Origin: a virus
Taxonomy: Duplodnaviria; Caudoviricetes
Length of the DNA stretch: 47,794 bases
IMG/VR virus record: IMGVR_UViG_3300037851_000408
Location: 1-47,794 of that record
Direction: 5' to 3' (one strand)
Each line of letters begins with the position of its first letter. The stretch's first letter is position 1. The notes below the pieces were generated by a model. The model was not told the DNA's origin. It made no database searches and saw only the letters and a list, made by a program, of their open reading frames with translations. Made by a program: the position numbers and the translations under genes. This document shows, one piece after another, positions 28,552 to 37,756 of the stretch.

Positions 28552-29266
28552 AAAATCTCCAAGTTTTCATCGGTGGGCGGTGGTCGTGCATCACACTTTT
28601 CGTCTCGTCCTCCTTCGTGAATGAGACAAGTGGATAATAGGCGGTCTTGCGCGAGCGGCGCATCCCCATTGCAATCGCCTTGGCTACGCCGCTCGAAGCG
28701 TTTGGATTTTCCTTCCACCATCGTTCGTCCGGCTGTGGAACGCCGTTTGGAAGGATATGAAAAATCGAGGCGTCTGTCATGAACACGCACTCGACCCATT
28801 TGCAGCACATAAACTCGATGTTCTTCCAGACGGTCAACAGCGGCCTGCCGGTGTCGTACACGTTCTCGCGTCGCTCGTGCCTGCCGTCCAGCCGCAGCAT
28901 CATGATGCCACGCTGGCTGTCCTGAATGGCGTTCCAGTAATCCATCGTCACGCGAAAGAAATCTCGGCACAGGAAATTGTCGTCTTGAAGGAAATAATAG
29001 AAATCCGCCTGATGGGTTGCCAGCCGCTTGAGGGCGTCGTTGTACGTCTTGTAAAACCCGCGTTTGCCGCGACGTTTCGGGTAACGGACATACCAGACCG
29101 GTGCGCCTGCTGTTGCCGCGACCATCGGGGTTTCGTCCTCGCTGCAATCGTCAAATACATGAATGTCCATCGCGCACTCAACCGGCTTCATCTCGCACAC
29201 TTGGGCGAGCAGCCTCTTGAGAAGCGCGGCGCGGTTGCAGGTGGTGATGACAACGGAAAGTTTCAT
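28496..29266 (-). CDS. GT2 glycosyltransferase
   Basis: SVVITTCNR, VFDDCSED, FLQDD. Confidence 0.88.
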   Translation of the reverse strand: MKLSVVITTCNRAALLKRLLAQVCEMKPVECAMDIHVFDDCSEDETPMVAATAGAPVWYVRYPKRRGKRGFYKTYNDALKRLATHQADFYYFLQDDNFLCRDFFRVTMDYWNAIQDSQRGIMMLRLDGRHERRENVYDTGRPLLTVWKNIEFMCCKWVECVFMTDASIFHILPNGVPQPDERWWKENPNASSGVAKAIAMGMRRSRKTAYYPLVSFTKEDETKSVMHDHRPPMKTWRFYDDQYSLLGHLPQAARST

Positions 29267-30144
29267 TGGTAGCGAGGAATCAACATGCAAAGACAGTTGA
29301 GATGCGCCGGAAACGCAGCCAAGACCGGGTCGCCAACGGGATGAAATCCCGCAAGCAAATCGCACACGTCCTTTCGGGGATGACGCGGTGAAAGCACCCA
29401 TTCATATCCCAGCAATTTGTCCGTGGCCTCGGCGTAGTCGCGCAACCCCTTGTGAAACGCGCCGTTGGCCTCCGTGTCGGCAATAATGGCGGTCTTGGCG
29501 TAGGCCGAACCGCGACGAGTCAACTGGCCGCTGAACGTCTCTCGACCGGTGATGATGGCCTGCAAGGTGCGTTTGTAGTCGCCGATGCCCTCCCCCATCG
29601 CCGAGCGCACCCGCACCAGCGAGCGAATGTTGAAGTCGAGGTCGGACCCGACCTTGGCCAACTGCTCCGACATGGGAATCCTGATTGCGCCACTCAACAA
29701 AAAATCATTCAACCCGGTACGAGCCAGCAACTCGCGCTGGGACAACAGCAAAACATACCCGGTGCCCAACACGATCTTCAACTGTTCCTCCGCCTCGTCT
29801 TGGCCGAGGGCGATGGCGCGTTCGATGTTCTCGGTGATGATTGCCTCCACCCTGTTCATCTGGACGGCAATCATGTTGGCGAGCGCCGGTTCAATGTCGT
29901 TGGCGTCCACCACGCCGCTGTTGTTGTCGTGCATCAACAGGAACCCAATCACCTGCGCCGTGAACTGGTCAAAACTTTTTTGCAGTTGCCTCTCCACCTC
30001 CACCGCGTCACGGAACATCTCAAGCCGTATCGGCGTGAGTTTCTTGCCGCGCAACAGGTTTTCCAGTTTGCCGAACTGCGATACTTCGGCGATTTCAGCG
30101 CAGCCGCATTGATTGTGGTGCTTGTGGTTTGCCGTTGGTTCCAT
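29263..30144 (-). CDS. minor head/morphogenesis protein (Mu gpF/SPP1 gp7-like)
   Basis: IADTE...W...C.....PAHLNCLC C-terminal motif; follows portal. Confidence 0.85.
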   Translation of the reverse strand: MEPTANHKHHNQCGCAEIAEVSQFGKLENLLRGKKLTPIRLEMFRDAVEVERQLQKSFDQFTAQVIGFLLMHDNNSGVVDANDIEPALANMIAVQMNRVEAIITENIERAIALGQDEAEEQLKIVLGTGYVLLLSQRELLARTGLNDFLLSGAIRIPMSEQLAKVGSDLDFNIRSLVRVRSAMGEGIGDYKRTLQAIITGRETFSGQLTRRGSAYAKTAIIADTEANGAFHKGLRDYAEATDKLLGYEWVLSPRHPRKDVCDLLAGFHPVGDPVLAAFPAHLNCLCMLIPRYQ

Positions 30145-31669
30145 TCTGGTTTCCGTTTCGATTCGCCGCTTTCATCATGGCCATCATTTCCTGCTGGGCA
30201 CTTGCCTCGTCCTCCGCCTTGATCGTCTTTTCAACCTCGATTTGCTGGCGTTCCTCATCAGAGTTGTACCCCAGCCGAACCTGTGCCGTGCGATCACTGA
30301 CCCAACCGCGCTCGGCGTGTATCACCAGAGATTCGGTTGTTTCCTTGACGTTCTGTGGCATCAAGGATGGATACAAGGCCAGAAACTTCGTGTTGCGCTT
30401 GACCAACTCCCGGCTGCGGCTGATGACGCCGTTATTCACCTTCACGGTTTCCTTGTAGCTCATGGGGTCGAGCCGACCGGACCGAATGGCCGATTCCACC
30501 ACCCTTGTCCCCATGCGCTCGAACGTGCCCATGCCGAAAAATCTCTGGTATCCCTCGAAGGTGCGGATGCCGGGGTACGTTGTTTCCCTGATGCTGGCGT
30601 AATCGTTATTCGAGGCGTCCGTGGCCACGATGTATTCGGGAACACCCAGCGCCGTCCCGATGCACAACAGCACGCGCCGAATATCGGCGTCCCCGTCCTG
30701 CGCCTGCATGTTGGGCGTCTTGAACTCGCGCTTGCGACCGCCCCCCAAGACCTCGATGGAACCGATTTCGGGTGCCTTGATTTTGTCGCGGTCGGCCCCG
30801 GTGCCGCCCACTTTGTTCGCCTCAACCCACGCCTCCACCATGTCCGGTCCGCCCTCGACGTATTCCTCAATCGCGCACGAGCAACGTACCTGATGAAGTT
30901 TGCGCCGGGCTTGCAATATCATCTCCAACTCAATCAGGTATTTCATGGCCGCCATCAACAGCGGACGACCGCGTTTCATATCCGGTTGTCCCATCTTGGT
31001 GTGGATGACCTGATCTGCCGGTATCGGGGTCATTATGCCGTTGCGGTTGGCGTCATACCAGTAGCGCAACACGCGCATGGAGTCACCCGGAGCGGTTTCC
31101 ACGCCGAATGATTGGATGGCTGGTGAGCGGTATCCGGGAGATCGGACATATAACGGTGACATCTTGCGATAGGCCAACTGGCCGTTGGACGGATAAACGT
31201 ACTCGCGCTGGAAATCTTCCCCCATGATGAGCGATTGGCGCACGACATCGACGGCAAATATCTCGAACGGGTACGGGGCGCTGGCCTCCGGCCCGGCGAC
31301 GTTCTCGGCGAACTTGTCCCACACCTCCTGTGTGCGCGGGTCGTGGTCGAGCGACTTGAGTTGGAACTCGTCGCCGACGATGAACCGCACAAACACGTCA
31401 ATCCACCCGTGGGCCAGCGGGTGTTCGACATACAGTTTGTACATTCGTCGCTGCAATTCCTCCAACTGGCTCTCGTCGAGTCCGTCCGCACTGGTGTAAT
31501 TGACAAGGTCGAACAACGTCGAGTTGTCATCATACTTTAACAGGCCGCCGGATTCGCCCACGACAACGCTGTGTTGTTTTGCAATGTTTGACTTGAGCTT
31601 CCTCATCGCCGCGTTGAGTTCGTATTTGGCGGTCGCGTTTTCGTACATCGCTTTGAACAATCGTAACAT
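30095..31669 (-). CDS. portal protein (lambda-like)
   Basis: GVE, VIH....RGRPLL, GVPE...DASNNDYAS motifs; follows terminase. Confidence 0.88.
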   Translation of the reverse strand: MLRLFKAMYENATAKYELNAAMRKLKSNIAKQHSVVVGESGGLLKYDDNSTLFDLVNYTSADGLDESQLEELQRRMYKLYVEHPLAHGWIDVFVRFIVGDEFQLKSLDHDPRTQEVWDKFAENVAGPEASAPYPFEIFAVDVVRQSLIMGEDFQREYVYPSNGQLAYRKMSPLYVRSPGYRSPAIQSFGVETAPGDSMRVLRYWYDANRNGIMTPIPADQVIHTKMGQPDMKRGRPLLMAAMKYLIELEMILQARRKLHQVRCSCAIEEYVEGGPDMVEAWVEANKVGGTGADRDKIKAPEIGSIEVLGGGRKREFKTPNMQAQDGDADIRRVLLCIGTALGVPEYIVATDASNNDYASIRETTYPGIRTFEGYQRFFGMGTFERMGTRVVESAIRSGRLDPMSYKETVKVNNGVISRSRELVKRNTKFLALYPSLMPQNVKETTESLVIHAERGWVSDRTAQVRLGYNSDEERQQIEVEKTIKAEDEASAQQEMMAMMKAANRNGNQNGTNGKPQAPQSMRLR

Positions 31670-31717
31670 GATTTGCCTCCTTGACTGTATGTAAAGAAAC
31701 CGAAATCACCAACAAAG

Positions 31718-34153
31718 TCAACGTGCAAGCATCAGTGCCGAGCGCACCATGACCCTTTCCTGCATCGGAACGAGGATGTTGAACGCCCCGCTGGATGCGT
31801 CCACGATGTCGTCCTTCATGCGTGGCTGGCCGAACAATGTCAACTCGTCGAGAAACTTGGCGTTCCAACCGGCGGCCTTGATGGTGACAAGCCCGTTTTG
31901 TGCGGCGCTGGCCAGCGGTCTTGCCCGGAGCAGTTTGTTGGTGTTGGGGTAGGAAAACGTGTACCAGTGGCCGGACAAGAGACGCTTCAACCGTTCTTTT
32001 TCACCCAGTCCCGCCGCGCCTGGCTGTTGTTCGATGCCGACGCAGACACGGGGTCCATCGGAAATGGCAGTCTGCTTGATGATGCGGTCAACCTCCGGCG
32101 GCGTGGAACGGAAATGAACCAGATCGAGTATTTCAATGGTGCCCTTGTGTGTCTTGCCCATCAGGACACCAGCGGTGAAATCGGGATTGGTATTGTTCCG
32201 GGTTGGAAGTTTCCCGGCCATGTCCCAAAACCGCACCATCTTGACGTAGTTGCCATCCAGCGCCGACTCATCGGCGACGTTGAACCATTCCCGGTGGAAC
32301 ACGTCGCCGGACTTTCTGACATTCCAATCGCCGTTGAGCAGTTGGCGGCGCAGGTGCAGCGGCAGATGCGACAGGCTTCGCTTGTACGCCTCGCGGTCGA
32401 GAAACGGGTTGTCGTCCACCTTGGCCGGTATGAAAATCCTGTTCTCGGTCTGGTTTTCGATGAAGTAACTCTTGATGAACTCGTGGCTGATGCCGCCGGG
32501 GTTGGCGCTGGCCCTCATGCGGATGGGGACAGGGAACCCCTCCGGTCGGCGCAGGCGCGAGTGCATGTAGAGGTACATTTCTTCCGTGAAGTTTTCCAAC
32601 TGGTCGAAGAAAATGTATTGCCACTCGGTTCCGAGATACTTGTAGATGTCGCTCTCGTGCTCCATGTGGCCGAACTGGATGACCGCTCCTTCATTGGATT
32701 TGAAGTTGCGGTTGGCCTCGCTCCAAGACACCTGCTTTTTTCGCTCGAATGGTGCCAGCCACTCGCGCATCATCGGGATTAATCCGCCTTTCATGGTCAA
32801 CTCGCTCCATGTGCGGCGCAAGAGCAGGGCGGCGTACCCGTTGACATCGAAGTATTGCAGTGAGGCAATGGCCCCGCCTGCGGAATTGTGCGTCACGATG
32901 AAGTCGTCAGCCACAAACAATCCCGATGGGTGGTCAACCGTGATGCACTTTGTATGCTCACGACCGGCACGAGTGATGTTGGTGATGGTGCGCCAGCCAG
33001 TTTTTTGTTGTGGCGTGCAACGGTTTTTCTTCCGCGTCAGATGGAAAAGGCAATCGGTATCTTGTCCAGATACGTGTATGTTATAGGCGAGACGACATGA
33101 AACTTTTGTGCCGTTTTTGTCCCGGTACGAGGCTTCCTTTTCATAAATTGTCGCTTTGAACCCGATGCTTCTCAAGAGCCATTGGACATCCAATGCCAAC
33201 TGTTTTGACGTGCTGCAATAGGAAGCCTTGCCGTCTTTTTGAATGGTTCCATCTGTATCAAACAATCCCTGCAACAGGTTGATTCGGTCGGCCACCGGTG
33301 CCAGACGGTAAGGCTCTGGAATAAACTTGTTCCACGAACTTGCGTTTTTCAGCCCCATGTCATTCAGCAATCGCAACGTCCGATTGTCGTCGCGTAGTAC
33401 GTGAATATGATTCTTGCGCTGAACATCAATTCCAAGCAGACGGATTCGCTGATAGATTTCCTCGTCCACCGATGAGATTTCAATTTTGTAATCGGTAATG
33501 TGGCCATCCCCAATCACCACACCGAGCAGGTAGGGGTCAACCAATCGCTTGTGACCCCATCGGTTATCAATGACACGCGAAAACTCAAGCGGCTGTGATA
33601 GCGGCACCATCGGTCGATATTGTCGTTTGTTCTCTGATTGCTGTTCCATCCATCGCGCCAACCACCATGTCGGGACAACACGACCGGCAACCCCTCGTTT
33701 CGCAAGAGTCTTTTGTATTTTGCTGGCCATTTTCACCAGCCACAAATGATCGGCGTCCACCCTGATTTTTGCGCCATCGGAAAACTCAACGTCATATACA
33801 TCCTGCTCACCCCTGTCTGTGACCTGCATGATTTTAGTGAGCGACCCATCCGGCGCATAAACACGATGTCCAACCTCAAGGTCAAAAAACGACTGGGGGC
33901 CGTACTGCGTCATGACAATCCCATTTTTTGTCAACCCCTTCCCTCCGCCCGCCGCGCCTCCGAACAGACATTCTTCCCCCATGTACATCAGCAGGGCGTG
34001 TTGCTTCTCGTTGTGGCGACCTTCTTTGTCCGTGTACCACGCGGTATTGTAAATGGAACGTCGCGGCGTCACGTTTATCAGACCGGCCTTGATGGCCATA
34101 GCCAGCGGATTTGTTGCTTCGCGTCCCGGTTCGTGGTTATATTCTTCCGACAT
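31718..34153 (-). CDS. terL: terminase large subunit with intein (start 34153 or 34099)
   Basis: Walker A GGAAGGGK/S split by the intein, IFFDQ Walker B, SANPGG, RFWDMA, DDIVDA nuclease motifs. Confidence 0.93.
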   Translation of the reverse strand: MSEEYNHEPGREATNPLAMAIKAGLINVTPRRSIYNTAWYTDKEGRHNEKQHALLMYMGEECLFGGAAGGGKGLTKNGIVMTQYGPQSFFDLEVGHRVYAPDGSLTKIMQVTDRGEQDVYDVEFSDGAKIRVDADHLWLVKMASKIQKTLAKRGVAGRVVPTWWLARWMEQQSENKRQYRPMVPLSQPLEFSRVIDNRWGHKRLVDPYLLGVVIGDGHITDYKIEISSVDEEIYQRIRLLGIDVQRKNHIHVLRDDNRTLRLLNDMGLKNASSWNKFIPEPYRLAPVADRINLLQGLFDTDGTIQKDGKASYCSTSKQLALDVQWLLRSIGFKATIYEKEASYRDKNGTKVSCRLAYNIHVSGQDTDCLFHLTRKKNRCTPQQKTGWRTITNITRAGREHTKCITVDHPSGLFVADDFIVTHNSAGGAIASLQYFDVNGYAALLLRRTWSELTMKGGLIPMMREWLAPFERKKQVSWSEANRNFKSNEGAVIQFGHMEHESDIYKYLGTEWQYIFFDQLENFTEEMYLYMHSRLRRPEGFPVPIRMRASANPGGISHEFIKSYFIENQTENRIFIPAKVDDNPFLDREAYKRSLSHLPLHLRRQLLNGDWNVRKSGDVFHREWFNVADESALDGNYVKMVRFWDMAGKLPTRNNTNPDFTAGVLMGKTHKGTIEILDLVHFRSTPPEVDRIIKQTAISDGPRVCVGIEQQPGAAGLGEKERLKRLLSGHWYTFSYPNTNKLLRARPLASAAQNGLVTIKAAGWNAKFLDELTLFGQPRMKDDIVDASSGAFNILVPMQERVMVRSALMLAR
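32885..33937 (-). mobile_element. class 3-type intein with LAGLIDADG homing endonuclease (351 aa)
   Basis: Starts GLTKNG, block B DHLW, YLLGVVIGDG and LLQGLFDTDG, block F TKCITV, ends VTHN before Ser. Confidence 0.9.
34114..34143 (+). promoter_or_regulatory. putative sigma70 promoter for near-leaderless terS
   Basis: TTGCTT-N18-TATATT, ATG at 34152. Confidence 0.45.
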
Positions 34154-34658
34154 GCAAACACCAGATAACGCCGAACCGGCAAAAGTGCAAGGCGACAAAG
34201 CCAAAAAACCGCGCCGCAAGCATTGGCGCGGGAGACGGTACGAAGTGTTGAAGTACGTGGCTGAGGTGTACACCGTCAGCCGCGCCGCCATTCTGGCCGA
34301 AGTCCCGATTGACACGGTGAAATGGTGGATGAGGATTGACCCGTTGTTCAGGGAATCGGTCGAGGAAGCGCAGGCGACCGCCATCGACCGAATCGAGTCC
34401 CGACATTTTGAGGCCGCGTTCGGCAACGATACGGCCAGCCGGATCCACCTGCTCAAGAGCCACAAGGGTCACTTATACGCCGAACAAACAAGACCAGAGG
34501 CGACCGGCGGCGGTGCCAAGACGGTGAACATCCTGCAAATCAACACCGACCCGCAGTTGGTAGCCAGCGCCCTCAAGATTCTGTCGGGGACTGGTCTTGG
34601 ACAGCCTTGTATCGACGCTGCAAACACCCCGGCACCCGAAGCCTCCGACGAGGAATGA
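34152..34658 (+). CDS. terS: terminase small subunit-like HTH protein
   Basis: SRAA..AEV...TV.WW...DPLF..SVEEA...AID.IE...AA..ND....HLLK pattern; adjacent to terL. Confidence 0.75.
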   Translation: MQTPDNAEPAKVQGDKAKKPRRKHWRGRRYEVLKYVAEVYTVSRAAILAEVPIDTVKWWMRIDPLFRESVEEAQATAIDRIESRHFEAAFGNDTASRIHLLKSHKGHLYAEQTRPEATGGGAKTVNILQINTDPQLVASALKILSGTGLGQPCIDAANTPAPEASDEE

Positions 34659-35664
34659 GTTTCCCATCCTTGTCAAACTTGGGCTGGCGCATCTGCTTTT
34701 CCCGCATCCGCCAGTAGCGCAGGGATTCATACGGGCGGTGCTTGGATTTGCCCGGCGGGTCGTACTCCACCGTGATCCGCGTGTCCTGTTCCTTGTCGAA
34801 CGGCGTGCCGTCCGGCAGTATCCCCAGCGACCGCCACCGCTGCCAATCGGTCAAAATATCGCGGACATAGGTGTAGGTCAGCGGATTTTTTAGGGGACCG
34901 CGCCGGGTGTACCCCATGCCATTGAGCCTTTTGGCAATCTCTTGGGGGCTTATCCCGCCGCGCCAGCAGGAGATGGTCTCGGCAAGAAGTTCGATTTCCA
35001 CGGGGTTCTTCCGCAGTTTTTTCACCTCCACGACCTTGCCGTTCCTCGGATTGGTTCTCATCTCGCCGTCCGTGTAACACTCGTACCCGAACGGCGGCTT
35101 GCGCGTCCACGACTCGCCGCGCTCCAGTTTCTTGCCAAGCACAACCTTGGCAGCGTCACGTTTCATGGCTGATTCCATTTGGGCGAAGGCGGTAATGACG
35201 TGGAAGATCATCCGCCCAATGCTCGAACCGGTGTCGATCATCGAACCGCCCACGTCAAGCAGGTGGATGTTGACGTGCATACTGTCCAACCGGTGCATGG
35301 TGGACAGGGTATCCATCGCGTTGACAAACAGCCGGTCAAGGCTGACGGCAACAAGGTTCAGCACCTTGCCCTCGTGTGCCGCCAACATCAGTTTGCGACC
35401 CTCTTTCCTTGCGGCAATCACCTCGCTGCCGATGGTGGACGTCTCCTCGTAGATGGTCGTCAGGTTCAGGTTCTTGAGTTCACAGTAGGCACGGATGCGC
35501 TTTTTCTGTTCCTCGATGGGCACGTACACCTGCGGCACGTTCTTTTCCGCTTTGGAAACCCGAACATACCCCACCGCCTTGAGACGCGGGTCGAGGTCGG
35601 GTACCTCGAACAACTTGGGGTCGATGCCCGGCGGCAACCCGAAATCTTCATACTTTTCGTTCAT
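34573..35664 (-). CDS. serine recombinase (resolvase plus recombinase domain)
   Basis: GYVRVS catalytic Ser, SLDRL, FAQMES, KPPFGY, EIAKRLN. Confidence 0.92.
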   Translation of the reverse strand: MNEKYEDFGLPPGIDPKLFEVPDLDPRLKAVGYVRVSKAEKNVPQVYVPIEEQKKRIRAYCELKNLNLTTIYEETSTIGSEVIAARKEGRKLMLAAHEGKVLNLVAVSLDRLFVNAMDTLSTMHRLDSMHVNIHLLDVGGSMIDTGSSIGRMIFHVITAFAQMESAMKRDAAKVVLGKKLERGESWTRKPPFGYECYTDGEMRTNPRNGKVVEVKKLRKNPVEIELLAETISCWRGGISPQEIAKRLNGMGYTRRGPLKNPLTYTYVRDILTDWQRWRSLGILPDGTPFDKEQDTRITVEYDPPGKSKHRPYESLRYWRMREKQMRQPKFDKDGKLIPRRRLRVPGCLQRRYKAVQDQSPTES

Positions 35665-35743
35665 GACCGTCTATGTTCGCACAAAACAGTGACGGTCGCA
35701 ATTTTTGCTTGCACAACCGCTGTTATTGTCATACTTTTATTCC

Positions 35744-35959
35744 ATGACACACAAAAACATACAGTCCGTTGCGCGGCAGGCGGCGCTGGATATCTGCGAG
35801 GTCGTGGACCGGTCAAACGTGGAGTTGTCCATCTACGGGGCGCGAGCCTTCTACCCGGAAGGGTTCTGGCTGGTCATTGACGGTCAGCGATACCGTTTCC
35901 GAATGGGCGATTTCCAGATTGCAGTCCCATTGGCCACGGAGGCACCTCATGGGACGTAA
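35744..35959 (+). CDS. hypothetical protein
   Basis: ATG shortly after a CATACT -10-like box. Confidence 0.55.
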   Translation: MTHKNIQSVARQAALDICEVVDRSNVELSIYGARAFYPEGFWLVIDGQRYRFRMGDFQIAVPLATEAPHGT

Positions 35960-36113
35960 CCGATTGAGCGAACTGGGCTACGCCGCGCGCGTCACGGTCA
36001 CGCTCCCGCCAGAAGCCATCGACGCCCTGCACCGCATCAAAACCAAGAAAAAAATCAAGAGCATCAGCGGCACCGTCCTCTGGTTGATCCGCAAATACAG
36101 GAAATCACCATGA
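35949..36113 (+). CDS. ribbon-helix-helix DNA-binding protein
   Basis: GGAGG RBS; RVTVTLPPEAIDAL...SISGTVLWLI. Confidence 0.7.
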   Translation: MGRNRLSELGYAARVTVTLPPEAIDALHRIKTKKKIKSISGTVLWLIRKYRKSP

Positions 36114-36337
36114 ACCCAATAGACAAAAGCAAACAAATCCTCGAAAAATGGCAGCACGACAATTGTACGGTCGTCCACGTCACCATCAGCATCGGCTCCG
36201 CCTTGGACGGCGACCTCCTGTTCGATAAAACCAACGGCAGAATATGGGCCTTCTCTCCGGGATTCCCACAATCCGAACGCATCAAAAAAATCGAGGCCAT
36301 CGCACGCGACCTCTACCTCCAAATCAAACCGTCATAA
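36110..36337 (+). CDS. hypothetical protein
   Basis: AGGA RBS, ATGA overlap. Confidence 0.6.
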   Translation: MNPIDKSKQILEKWQHDNCTVVHVTISIGSALDGDLLFDKTNGRIWAFSPGFPQSERIKKIEAIARDLYLQIKPS

Positions 36338-36365
36338 CCCCATCAAAATATCATAAACTTTTCGT

Positions 36366-36394
36366 TTGACTCAATAACCAACATGGTGTACAAA
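36366..36394 (+). promoter_or_regulatory. putative sigma70 promoter
   Basis: TTGACT-N17-TACAAA. Confidence 0.55.
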
Positions 36395-36469
36395 TCAATC
36401 AACATGAAACCTCTTTCAGCCAGACAACAACAATTCCAGTCGGAAGCTGGAAAAGGTAGTTCATGTTAC

Positions 36470-36504
36470 ACCCCGCCCCCGAAAGAGGGCGGGGTCGTTT
36501 TTTT
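36470..36504 (+). terminator. intrinsic terminator
   Basis: ACCCCGCCC...GGGCGGGGT stem followed by T7. Confidence 0.8.
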
Positions 36505-37107
36505 CACAAGCCCAGCGGGAGCCATCATATCCACCCACGCCAAGCAGGAACAATCCCCTCGCTCGGCTTTAATCCCGCCCCGGTAACCGCCCCGTATCCG
36601 AATCATCTAGGTCGGCGCGGCCAAGGAGAGCGCAGGGAAATCGTCCAGCCCTGCTTCATTCACCACGACTCCACCCAGCCCCGGTTAGTAGGCTAGACTC
36701 GGATGTGTCACATCTCTGGTCGAGGGGTGGATGGCTGAACCTGTCAGCCAGCTTCGTACCACCACTTTAAGCGTCCTATTCATCCCTAGGACGCTTTGTA
36801 CCCTCACTTCCAAAACGCCTCCCCTCTCCTACACCACACCAGTTGTAAGTGGTAAAAATTGCCGAGTCATGGGGTGAAAAAATTGTGGGAGGGGTTTAAG
36901 CAATGACACCCCCCATACCCTCGAAAATCCAATCATGCAATGCAATCCGGTGATGGTTCATCATTTTGTACCATTGCGAAGCAATGCTGATTCAAAAAAA
37001 AATCAATTTATTACTCACGAAGTGAGCTGATTCCGGCGCAAAAACTGGTATCCTCTTGTGAATGATGCACTTGTGAAAGGTGGATTTTGGTTGTGGGGAA
37101 GGTGGGC

Positions 37108-37147
37108 AAAAAAAACCACCGGTCAACATTGTGCGTGTTGACCGGTG
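37108..37147 (-). terminator. intrinsic terminator
   Basis: 12-bp stem CACCGGTCAACA/TGTTGACCGGTG with A8 on its left. Confidence 0.8.
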
Positions 37148-37175
37148 TCTTGTGTGGGGGTTGCGTTAAGCTGGG

Positions 37176-37478
37176 TCAACATCCGCTCATGATGACCAGC
37201 GCGACGGATACGAGCACGGACACGATGACGACGATTGATGCGTCTGTGTCTGCCTTGACCCATCGCGCAAGGCGCTTGGGCCAAGTTCCAGCCTTGTCAT
37301 TCCACTGCCAAGACCATTCTTCCGTGTCATGGCCGGGTGGCGTCGCCAACCCGCGTTCTGCCATTTTAGCTTGGATAATCTCGATGCCTTGCAACGATAG
37401 TTCGGCCGTTGGCCAGCGCGTCGATGCGCGTCCCTGCCCGCGCAAGCCTACCGTGTTTGTTATACTCATGCTGTCCAT
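37176..37478 (-). CDS. small protein with C-terminal TM helix
   Basis: ORF lies between a promoter-like site and a terminator. Confidence 0.55.
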   Translation of the reverse strand: MDSMSITNTVGLRGQGRASTRWPTAELSLQGIEIIQAKMAERGLATPPGHDTEEWSWQWNDKAGTWPKRLARWVKADTDASIVVIVSVLVSVALVIMSGC

Positions 37479-37548
37479 CCCTTCTGTTTGGTGTTTTTGT
37501 TTGACTTTTCGGCGGGGTACACCCCCGCCGCATGTTTCAATCTTATAA

Positions 37549-37565
37549 CGCAACAACCGTGCCAG
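37549..37565 (-). promoter_or_regulatory. sigma54 -24/-12 promoter motif
   Basis: CTGGCACGGTTGTTGCG versus consensus YTGGCACGRNNNTTGCW. Confidence 0.6.
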
Positions 37566-37712
37566 CAAGCGCCAAGCCTCGACGTAACAGGATTGTAACA
37601 CGTTTTCTGTCAACTGTTTATGTTGCCATTTTGACCCGCCCACCCTTGCCCGCCCACCCTTGCTCTCCTCCCCCCTCCCCCCCCTTAAAGGAAAGACGCC
37701 GCTGGATGCCTA

Positions 37713-37754
37713 CAACGGCGTCCAACGGCGTCCAACGGCGTCCACCAACGGCGT
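37713..37754. repeat. 10-bp tandem repeat CAACGGCGTC x3 plus an offset fourth copy
   Basis: Directly visible. Confidence 0.9.
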
Positions 37755-37756
37755 TT

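Noticed and set aside
4047-31111. Many long plus-strand ORFs opposite structural genes (e.g. 4047-5018, 17611-18636, 30113-31111)
   Set aside because: Antisense shadows expected in GC-rich coding DNA; no motifs or RBS.
34154-34465. N-terminal extension of TerL in the ORF track
   Set aside because: It is the antisense of the terS-like gene and has no terminase features.
37713-37754. CRISPR mini-array
   Set aside because: 10-bp units with no spacers.
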